Below, piece after piece: positions 13,256 through 22,079 of a stretch of 32,000 bases of DNA (positions within the stretch are counted from its first letter, which is position 1; every line of letters begins with the position of its first letter). The position numbers were made by a program, and so were the translations under genes. Location of the stretch: positions 90,001 through 122,000 of the forward strand of contig BAAFHK010000002.1 in NCBI GenBank assembly GCA_042852035.1. The letters run 5' to 3'. Source of the stretch: Candidatus Saccharimonadota bacterium. Its GTDB lineage: Bacteria > Patescibacteriota > Gracilibacteria > BD1-5 > UBA2023. The notes beneath the pieces are model-generated. The model saw only the letters and a program-made list of their open reading frames with translations, searched no databases and was not told the origin of the DNA.

Positions 13256-13350
13256 AATAAATTTTTTTATATTGTCAATATAAGCTCCGAAAGCATTTTG
13301 ATTTTCAGTCTCATTTCTTTATACTACCTTGGCTTTAATTACTATTACTC

Positions 13351-15321
13351 ATGCCACCAAAAGATAATAAAAAACTGAAAAAACCACTTTCGAAAAAGCC
13401 AAATCAAAACGGACCACAAGTAAAGATTATTGAAATATCTCTCTCAAAGATGATTCTTCCTCTTATTGGGATTCTTCTTTTTATCGTGCTCCTTTGGAAT
13501 TTCGGCAGTAGTGGAGTTTTTTCTGATGAAAAAACACAACTCAATGAAAAAATTGGCTTAAATCAACTCCTTGCTCTTTATAATTCTGGAACCTATGAAG
13601 AGGTTCGGGTTGAGGGCGCTATATTGTATGCCAAAAGACCAATCCGTGAGGTAATCGTCAATAATCAGATGGTAAAATATCGTGATGTTGATAAGCTTCT
13701 TCTCCCGGATAATGTAAAAATTACAGACCTTGGACTCGGAAATCCAGATATTGCTACAAAGGTTGTCATAAAGGGTGAGTGATTCGGAAAGCTTCTTTCT
13801 GATCTTCTTCCATCACTGCTTGGAACCGTCCTCCTTGTGGTTATATTTTTCTGGTTTCTCTCTCGTATGGGAGGGGGTGGTATGGGCTGACCTATGGCAT
13901 TCATCAAGTCACGTGCTCGTGTCTATGATCCAGAGATGGATGAGAAGGTGACTTTCGAGGATGTTGCTGGATCAGATGAAGAGAAATCAGACCTCGTTGA
14001 GGTTGTTGATTTCCTCAAATCGCCACAGAAGTATAAAGATCTCGGAGCAAAAATCCCACGTGGTATCCTCCTCCAGGGGCCTCCAGGAACTGGAAAAACT
14101 CTCCTCGCTCGTGCTGTTGCCTGAGAAGCTGGAGTTCCATTCTTCTCGATTTCTGGTTCTGAATTTGTTGAGATGTTCGTCGGTGTAGGTGCTTCTCGTG
14201 TTCGAGATCTTTTTAAGGATGCCCGTGAAGCAGCTCCTTCGATTATATTTATCGATGAGATTGACGCTATAGGGAAAAAACGAAGTCCTGGTATCGGTGG
14301 AGGTCATGATGAACGTGAGCAAACGCTGAACCAAATCCTTACGGAAATGGATGGATTTGATAACGATACCAATGTCATCGTCATGGCAGCAACCAATCGT
14401 GCTGATGTCCTCGATAAGGCACTCCTTCGTCCGGGTCGTTTTGATCGAAGAGTCACTATCAATCTCCCAACCCTCGAAGACCGTAAAAAAATCCTTGCCG
14501 TCCATGCGAAGGGAAAGCCTTTTGCTGACGATGTGAACTGGGAGAAAATCGCTGGTATTACTGTCGGGTTTTCTGGTGCTGAACTCGGAAACCTTCTCAA
14601 TGAAGCCGCTATCCTCGCGGGGAAAAATAGTAGCAAGAGTATCACGATGGAGATGATCCAGAAGTCTGTAGAAAAAGTCGTTATGGGAAATGAGAAAAAA
14701 TCCCTTCGAATGACCGAGCATGAGAAACGTCTCACGGCTATACATGAAGTCGGACATGCCCTCGTCGGGAAAATGTTGGCTCACACTGATCCAGTTCATA
14801 AGATTTCTATCCTTCCACGTGGTGGTGCCGGTGGAGTTACTTGGTTCCTCCCAGAGAAGGATCGTACCTACACTTCGAAGGCAAAATACCTCGATGAACT
14901 TGCGACCCTCTACGGTGGACGAGTCGCGGAAGAAGTATTCTTTGGTTCTGAATATATCACAACAGGCGCAAGTTCTGATATCGAACGTGCGACTGAGATT
15001 GCACGAGCGATGGTGATGCGATTTGGATTCGATAGTGAGATCGGACCTGAGAATCTCGCTCCTGATATGAGTGAAGGGAACTTCCTCGGAGGTCAGACGA
15101 ATGCCAAGGTTATCTCAGATAAGACTCAGGATCTTATCGACTCGAAGGTTCGTAAGCTTCTCCTCGATGCCTATGCACTTGCCAAAAAGATTATCACTCA
15201 CAATAAAGATCTCCATGAGAAGATCGCACACGCTCTCCTCGAGCGCGAAGAGATGCTTCAGGATGAGTTCGATGAGTTCTTCACCGATGTAAACGGAGTC
15301 CCACAGAAAGTCGCTATGTAA
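13351..15321 (+). CDS. ftsH: ATP-dependent zinc metalloprotease FtsH
   Basis: N-terminal TM helices, Walker A GPPGTGKT, Walker B IIFIDEID, and Zn site HEVGH ([11 protein letters not shown]). Three in-frame TGAs at 13780, 13888 and 14122. The last gives LLARAVAGEAGVPFF, a universally conserved Gly. Confidence 0.97.
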
Positions 15322-15324
15322 CAA

Positions 15325-15351
15325 TAAATCCTCCCAGTAAGGGAGGATTTA
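15325..15351. terminator. Bidirectional intrinsic-terminator-like hairpin between convergent ftsH and the orphan gene
   Basis: taaatcctccc (15325-15335), agtaa loop, gggaggattta (15341-15351): a perfect 11-bp stem. It lies 3 nt after the ftsH stop and abuts the minus-strand stop at 15352-15354. Flanking A/T tracts are weak. Confidence 0.6.
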
Positions 15352-16029
15352 TTAGTAGTGACCATCAACGAGATCTTCATATCCTGTCTTTCACCATCCG
15401 ATGAGTCATGCGGTATTTGCTGTTGTACTCTTCTGTCACGACCTTCGGGATTCTCTATGATCGAATGTATTTCTTCGACCGAGAAGGATATCTACATATG
15501 GCCTTGCGATGGCAAGGAAAGATTCACGATGTTTCCTCTGTAGCTGCCAAGATTTCCTTCCACCGGTACTGAATTCTGACTCTTGGAACCAACCTGGATG
15601 CTCTTCTCGAACCATGCCGATGAGGAGCTTGATCTCATAGTAGTTGAGATCGAGAATGAGAGTATTGATTTCTTTCGCTGAAAGGGTTTCTTTTGTATTT
15701 TTTGATCGTTTTCTTCAGGCTAGCAGTCATCGCACTCTCGCCTGGATATCTTCACTCAGATTCAAGAGAACTTCTTTATCTTGAGAGAGCTCCCTTTCTA
15801 TGTGCATCTTTTGGAGTCGATGACTCCTCGCTATCCCAGCTTCACTCGAGTGCCCCACTTGCTCTACGATAGGATCAGATGTGACGATGCCTTTTAGTGC
15901 GGCCTGGACGAGTCGTTCGACCTCTTTGCTCTCTATACCAAATTGCTGTCCCCAATAGTCGAGACTTTGGCTTCTGAGATGAGATGTAGCATCTTGTTCG
16001 GTAGTTGTAGGGAGAGGAGTGTCTGGCAT
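15352..16029 (-). CDS. Hypothetical protein (225 aa) with a C-terminal HEPN-like RNxxxH motif
   Basis: The track ORF 15727-16029 continues through 5 TGA codons for another 125 codons with no TAA/TAG, ending at TAA (15352-15354 on +). The C-terminal segment ARPYVDILLGRRNTFDHRES contains R-N-x3-H. I recognise no other family. Confidence 0.6.
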
Positions 16030-16068
16030 TAGGTAATTTTAAATATAAATGAAATGATGTCAATAAAA

Positions 16069-16168
16069 TTAATATTTTGTTAATATTTGTGTGAAGAATT
16101 AAGTTAATATTAAAACACTCTTAATTCTGGAAGGCTTTTTGTTTTGAGAAAAACTAAGTATTAATATA
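16069..16168. promoter_or_regulatory. Repeated TTAATATT boxes in the AT-rich divergent intergenic region upstream of the methyltransferase
   Basis: Exact TTAATATT at 16069-16076, 16080-16087 and 16104-16111, the third extending to the palindrome TTAATATTAA. An imperfect TTAATATA lies at 16161-16168. Boxes 1 and 2 are 11 bp apart. Confidence 0.4.
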
Positions 16169-16191
16169 ATACGAAAAATTTGTTATTGAAT

Positions 16192-17430
16192 ATGTCTAAA
16201 GAAAAGAAACACATTAAAATTATTGAACTTTTTGCTTGAGTTTGAGGATTCAGAATCTGACTTGAATCAGCATCAGATTTATTTAAGGTTGTCTGGAGTA
16301 ATCAGTGGGAACCTTCAACAAAAACCCAAGACGCCTCAGATATATATGTGTCTCGTTTTTGAAGTGAACATCACTCAAATGAAGATATCGCAAAAGTAGA
16401 AACCGATTCTATACCGAATTTTGATATGCTGGTCGGATGATTTCCTTGTCAGGATTACTCCGTAGCTCGTACACTTAAACAATCTGCTTGACTTGAATGA
16501 AAGAAATGAGTTCTTTGGTGGCAAATTCATAGACTTCTTTCAGAAAAAAAAGAGAAGCCGTCATATTTATTCCTTGAGAATGTTGATAGATTATTAAAAT
16601 CTCCAGCAAAACAAAGATGAAGAGATTTTGCAATAATGCTTGCATCACTTTCCGATTTAGGGTATGCAGTAGAATGGCGAGTAATTAATGCTGCTGAATA
16701 CTGAATGCCTCAAAGAAGAAGAAGAGTTTTTTTCCTTTGATATCATAAGTCAACAAAACTCTATCACGATTTACTTGCTTCAAAAAGTTCTTGGATTTCA
16801 AAAGATTGAGTACTTGCAGGGGCTTTTCCTATAAAGGAGAGTCCAGCTTTGATTAAAGAATTTCAACTTGAGTGAGATCTTGTTGAGCTCACAAATGAAT
16901 TTAATAAATGATTAAAAAAGGCAAGCCCATTTGAGAATGCCTGAATAATGATTAATCGAGAAGTTCTTAGTTATAAAGTCAGTCCAAATTATAAGTGAAA
17001 ACATGTAACTCTTTGAGATATCTTAATACCTGACAACGAAGTTCCTGAAGAATTTTTTATCAAAGCTGATACTCTAGATAAATGGAAATATTTAAAATGA
17101 TGAAAGAGCGAGAAGCGTGTAAATAAAACTACCTGAATAGAGTATAAATATAGTGAAGGATGAATGATTTTTCCTGATGCACTCGATAAGCCTTCTCGAA
17201 CCATTATCACAGGTGAGTGAGGTGCTTCGGCATCAAGGTTTAAACATGTTATTGAAACTAGTGACGGACGACTTCGAAGACTTACCCCTATAGAACTAGA
17301 ACGACTCAATATGTTCCCAGATAATCATACAGCTTGAGCTACCAACATTAAGCGAGCATTCTTTATGTGAAACGCACTTGTTGTTGGTGTTATTAATAAA
17401 ATTTGACAGTCACTAGCATCAAGGATATAA
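16192..17430 (+). CDS. DNA (cytosine-5)-methyltransferase, type II R-M modification subunit (M.Sau3AI-like)
   Basis: Motif I IIELFAGVGGF, motif IV GGFPCQDYS, motif VI ENV, motif VIII QRRRRVF, motif X GNALVVGV. Both Gly in FAGVGG (16237, 16243) and one in GGFPCQ (16438) are TGA. Ends at TAA 17428-17430; 412 aa. Confidence 0.93.
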
Positions 17431-17437
17431 AGAAGGG

Positions 17438-18874
17438 GTGCTTACTAATTTTGATCAGACATCTCCAGAGTCAATTTTAGCTTTTGCTAAGAAATTATTG
17501 TGAACGAATTTAAAAAGCATTTTACCACCTTGATATAAACCAAGATGAGGTAAATGAGGTTTGTGACAACTTTTAGAAGAGCATTATTTTCATAAACCTT
17601 TAGATAGTGATAGTAAGCCTGATTTTCCTGATGCTTGAGTCGAACTAAAGGCTACACCAATAAAGAAATTCTCTAGAAAATGAATTTGAGCAAAAGAGAG
17701 GCTCTCTTTAAATATAATAAATTATGATGACCTAGTTAATGAGACTTGGGAAAATTCACATTTCTTATCAAAGAATTCACTACTTTTACTAGTATTTTAC
17801 CTATACGAAGAAAATCAGATTAATATAGATCACTTGATAAAAATAGTGGAGCTTTATTCCTTCTTAGATTATGAAGAGGATTTAAAAGTTATACAGAATG
17901 ACTGGATTACTATTCAATATAAGGTTTTAGAATGAAAGGCCCATGAACTATCTGAATGAGATACTCAATATCTTGGCGCTTGTACGAAGTGAGCAAAAAA
18001 TCAAAAACCAAGATCCCAACCATTTTCTTCTACTCTAGCGAAACAGAGAGCATTTTGTTTTAAGCAGGGGTATGTAAATTATATACTCAAGCGAATCCAG
18101 TGAAAAACTAGAGAGTATGATTCGCTTTTTAAGAATGATGGATTGGATATAGCAAAAATAAGTATTGAGCAAAGAGTAAAGACCTTATTTAAGCCTTATT
18201 TATGAAAAACAGCTTTTGAATTGGGTAACATATTTGGAATGGAATTTAAGAATCAAAAGGGATATTATGCTAAAATTAGTGATAATATAGTAAAAATGAT
18301 ATTGTGAGTAAAGAATCTTAATAAGGTTTCGGAATTTGAGAAGGCTAATATCTCCTTAAAGACTATTAGGGTTTCTTATGATTGAACAATTCAGGAAGAT
18401 ATTTCTTTTCCTGCATTTAAATTTTGCGAAATTATAAAAGAGGATTGGTATGATTCTGAACTTTATAATTTACTCGAGTCCACAAAATTTCTTTTTATTA
18501 AATATAGAATTACCACAAATACAGTTGCCGAGTTTGATAGATTAAATGATACAGAAAAAAATAAATTTTTAATTTTGGATGAAGTTTACCTTTGGAATGC
18601 TCCAGTTAATGATATCGAAAATTATGCTAAACAAACATGGAGAGATACAATTAAAATAATCAAGGAATGAGTTATAATAAATCCTATTATTCAAAAATCA
18701 TGAAAAGTAATAGAAAGGAATAACCTCCCAAAATCTAGGGATACTAAAATGATTCATGTTCGCCCGCATTGAATAAATAAGAAAGATATTGATATACTTC
18801 CAAACTGAAAAGAATTAACAAAACAATGTTTTTGGTTTAACAAAAGTTATATAAAAGACCAGCTTTGATTTTAA
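17438..18874 (+). CDS. MutH/Sau3AI-family type II restriction endonuclease (predicted GATC-type specificity)
   Basis: The N-terminal block GKGGLGQLLEEHYFHKPLDSDSKPDFPDAGVELKATPIKK...KERLSLNIINY is the MutH/Sau3AI D...E-x-K nuclease signature. One frame, TGA interruptions only, TAA at 18872-18874. GTG at 17438 is the first start after the in-frame TAG at 17414; there is no in-frame ATG near the N-terminus. Confidence 0.85.
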
Positions 18875-18890
18875 AATAATCAATATTTTT

Positions 18891-20096
18891 TTACCCCACC
18901 TCGAAGAGTATTCCATCATCTCCTTTCGATTTTTTCCCGATGAATCCCTCATGGATGATAGACTGCCCATATCGAGACCGGAGGTTCGCGAGAGTCGAGT
19001 GGAGACGAGTGTCGTGGTCGATACGTTCTTCACGCACATCGAAGACAGAGAGTTGACGAGGGGAGAAGGGAGAGAGATGACCGAAGGTAATCCCGACCGT
19101 TCGATAGAGTGCATCTGACTCATAGGCCTCATGGAAGAGGGCTCTGAGTGTCTCCATCATCCTCCCTCGATCGATGGTAGTTTCTCATAGGTCAGCATAT
19201 TTCGAGGTGTAGGCGAAGCTCTTTTTTCTGAGGAATATGCCGATAAGCCGGACTCACTCTCGTTCGGTCATAAGGGTTTCGTAGGCGCGTTCGAAGTGCA
19301 TGAGTGCCTGCTTCCAGAGAAAGTGGGGATTACTATTGATATTGGCATTAAACGATCGACTCACGACGATGCTCTTTCGTCGTTTCTCGGTATCTCGAGG
19401 TTTCCAGGTATCGATCCCATGGAGTTCACTCCAGAGGATGAGTCCATTTTTCCCGAGGATTTTTCGTACGCTATGAGGATCCATATTCATGAAGTCAGCG
19501 ACCGTGCGGATATGGATGCCGAGGCGGTCAGCGCTCCCGCGTCCGATAAAGGGAACTTCTCTTATGGCAAGATTCTTATACACGGATTCGACTTCATCGC
19601 GGTCCCAGAGGACCGTTGTGCCAAATGGCTTATGCAGATCTCAGAACATTTTCGCTCGTATGCGAGTATTCGATATTCCTATAGATACGGGGATACCGAT
19701 ATCATGGTAGATATCGAGCTTGAGACTTTCTGCGAATGCATTATATTCTCGTGCCATCCCACTCACCGTCGCGAAGGTTTCATCGATCGAGAATATTTCG
19801 AGTTTCCCGAGTTTCGTCGCGAGATACCCCATGAGACGTTCTGATATTTCTCGGTAAAACTTGTGGTCGGGGTGTTTCTTCACGAGATCTTTCTTCACGA
19901 CTCGTTCAGCTTCCCAGAAGGGGGTACCGACTTTGATCCCGAGACGCTTCGCCTCATAGCTCGCGGCTATCGTGATCTGATCTCCTACGATAATCGGCTT
20001 TCACCGGAGGCTTGGGTCACGCAGGACTTCACACGAAGCATAAAATGAGTTGCAGTCTATGTGCGCATAGAGTGTTTTCGAAGTATGAAAAATCAT
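18891..20096 (-). CDS. Y-family translesion DNA polymerase (UmuC/DinB-like)
   Basis: N-terminus MIFHTSKTLYAHIDCNSFYASCEVLRDPSLRGKPIIV, catalytic SIDETF, and ...KPFGTTVL...VPFIGRGSA. Three track ORFs share one frame and are joined by 4 TGA codons (20001, 19641, 19254, 19185). TAA at 18891-18893. Confidence 0.92.
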
Positions 20097-20110
20097 ACAT
20101 AAAAATCTTA

Positions 20111-20488
20111 CTAATTATACTTGCGAAAAGAGCCAACTACCACACCGAGTATTTCGCAGGGTCCGGTGATATCTATAGGTGAATATTTCGGATTGGCGGG
20201 GAGGAGTCGAAGAGTGGTTTTCTTCTTCTCAAGGATTTTTAGCGTGACAGCGCCATCGAGGGAGGCGATGATGATATCTCCGTCTCGGGGAGTTCGGCCA
20301 CGGTCGAGAATGACGGTGTCTCACGCGAGTATGCCGACCCCTTCCATACTGTCTCATCGTACTCGTACGAGATAACTCGATGCGGGGTGATCGATAAGGT
20401 GTGTCGTGATGTCGAGTGGAGTACCCGGTGAGGTCTCTGGGGTAAATGGGAGACCTGCTGGTACAGATTCGTAGATTTTGAGAAGCAT
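20111..20488 (-). CDS. UmuD-like S24 (LexA-family) self-cleaving peptidase with no DNA-binding domain
   Basis: MLLKIYESVPAGLPFTPETS...VRVRGDSMEGVGILAGDTVILDR...DGAVTLKIL...LLPANPKYSPI. Ser (GDSM) and Lys (TLK) dyad, and an Ala-Gly putative cleavage site at residues 11-12. The Gly of GDSM is TGA (20354-20356). The stop lies 14 nt upstream of the polymerase start. An alternative TTG start at 20527 would add 13 aa. Confidence 0.88.
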
Positions 20489-20492
20489 AATA

Positions 20493-20505
20493 TATACAAA
20501 GTATA
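20493..20505. promoter_or_regulatory. Palindrome TATAC-AAA-GTATA immediately upstream of the umuD-like start (candidate operator)
   Basis: Perfect 5+5 inverted repeat 5-17 nt upstream of the ATG at 20488. On the coding strand it reads as two adjacent TTTGTATA direct repeats. Confidence 0.3.
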
Positions 20506-20582
20506 CAAAAATACATTCAGAGAGCAAATATTTTTGTGAGATTTCCTTTTTTCACTAGAATAGGGCTTACTTTATCTTTTCT

Positions 20583-20993
20583 ATGACGAAAGCTTCTCCG
20601 AAAAAATTCCCAAAATCACTTCTGATCCTTGGGGGAATCGTACTCATATGAGTTCTCCTTCTCTCTGCCTTTTTCTTTTTCCGTACGCTCAAGGGAGTGC
20701 GGCAGGATGGATGGAGGCATCCACCTCGGAGTCCACTTGGGATGTTTCTTTCCTGAGAATCAACGATACATGGGACAGGGGCTATCGAATGATGGATGAC
20801 CTTTGATTTTGTGAATACTTCATTTCACCTTCCTCCCGAATACCTCAAGGATACTCTTCATATCGAAGATAAAAAATATCCCCACATCCCAATAGACCGT
20901 TCTGCAAAAAAAGCCGGATTTAAAAAAGAAGATTACTTGGGTATGATACAACGAGCGGTAGACTATTATTCTCAAAGCACAAAAATCCAATAA
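20583..20993 (+). CDS. Small membrane-anchored hypothetical protein (136 aa)
   Basis: MTKASPKKFPKSLLILGGIVLIGVLLLSAFFFF is an N-terminal TM anchor. Three in-frame TGAs. TAA at 20991-20993, followed 1 nt later by the dedA start. Confidence 0.65.
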
Positions 20994-20994
20994 A

Positions 20995-21603
20995 ATGTTT
21001 GAATCTCTTCTCTCGCTTCTTCTCATCTATAGCTATCTTCTTATTTTTATCGTAGGATTTCTTGCTTCTCTTGGTCTTCCGATTCCAGCGACAGCTCTTT
21101 TTATAGCGGCAGGAGCATTTGTTGGGTCAGGATATCTCGAGGGATATATGCTCTTTTTTGCTGGTTGGTGAGCCTGCATTCTTGGAGATATTGCAGGATA
21201 TGCTCTAGCTCTGCATTATGGGAGGAGTTTCTGGAAACGTTTTTCCCTCGATCGGTTTCTTCCGATTTCTCTTATTGAGCGGAAGTATGGTTCTCATATG
21301 GAGACTCGAGGCTTTCTTCTTATTTTTACGAGTCGGTTTCTTTTTACTGCTATTGGTCCATCAGTGAATATTCTCGCAGGATTTATGAAAACGGGATGGA
21401 AGGTTTTTCTCTCGGCAGATGTTCTGGGAGAATTTCTCTATATAACCATTACTGTTGGTCTTGGATATAGTTTCGCCAGTGAATGGCAAACTATTGTATC
21501 ACTCTTTGAGAGTGCGAGCTCATTTCTGTCGAGTATGTTTTTATTCATTATTGCTCTATACATACTTTATAAAAATCGTTCACGTTTTTTCGAACGTACC
21601 TAA
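20995..21603 (+). CDS. dedA: DedA / SNARE-associated (VTT) family membrane protein
   Basis: GLPIPATALFIAAGAFVG...FFAGWGACILGDIAGYALALHYGRSFWKRF...FTSRFLFTAIGPSVNILAGF is a typical DedA core. One TGA (AGWGAC). Confidence 0.85.
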
Positions 21604-21614
21604 TCAATTTTTCT

Positions 21615-22070
21615 ATGGCATATTGGATCATGAAAAGTGAACCTTCTGAATACTCTATTGATGATCTTGAGCGCGATCGTGTTTCGAGCTGGTTTTGAGT
21701 TCGAAATTACCAAGCTCGGAACTTTATGCGAGATAACATGAAAGAGGGGGATGAAGTCTTTTTCTATCACTCATCCTGTGATGAAGTATGAATAGTATGA
21801 TTTGCAAAAGTCGTAGGGAAACCCCATCCTGATGAGACACAGTTTGATAGTAAAAGTGATTATTTTGACCCGAAAGCAACGCGAGAAAAACCAATTTGGA
21901 TTTGTATCGATGTTGCCTTTAGTTTGAAATACCCCCGTGTCATCACTCTCGGGGAATTGCGAAATATGAGAGGGCTTGAACATATGAGAATCCTCCAAAA
22001 AGGAAATCGACTCTCCATCACTCCGCTCACAGACAATGAGTGAGAAATTCTAAAAAAAGCCTGCTATTAG
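21615..22070 (+). CDS. EVE (PUA-like) domain protein
   Basis: MAYWIMKSEPSEYSIDDL...SWFGVRNYQARNFMRDNMKEGDEVFFYHS...IVGFAKV...DPKATREKPIWICIDV is the canonical EVE signature. The Gly of GVRNY is TGA. Confidence 0.88.
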
Positions 22071-22079
22071 GCTTTTTTT
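22052..22079. terminator. Bidirectional terminator hairpin embedded in the overlapping 3' ends of the EVE and PhaZ genes
   Basis: aaaaaaagcct (22052-22062), gctatt loop, aggcttttttt (22069-22079): an 11-bp stem with an A-tract on one side and a T-tract on the other. Confidence 0.65.

Noticed and set aside
13987-14799. 270-aa minus-strand ORF
   Set aside because: It is fully antisense to the highly conserved ftsH AAA/protease region. Its sequence is low-complexity with no recognisable motifs, so it is a shadow ORF of a GC-richer gene.
16989-17309. 106-aa minus-strand ORF
   Set aside because: It is antisense to the C-terminal part of the C5-methyltransferase (motifs IX and X on the plus strand).
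19296-19844. 182-aa plus-strand ORF
   Set aside because: It is antisense to the Y-family polymerase gene, whose own frame carries the canonical motifs. It is a shadow ORF in the most GC-rich segment.
15322-20582. Calling the accessory block an integrated prophage, ICE or transposon
   Set aside because: No integrase, transposase, terminal inverted repeats, flanking direct repeats or tRNA target could be found by eye. Only composition and gene content suggest mobility.
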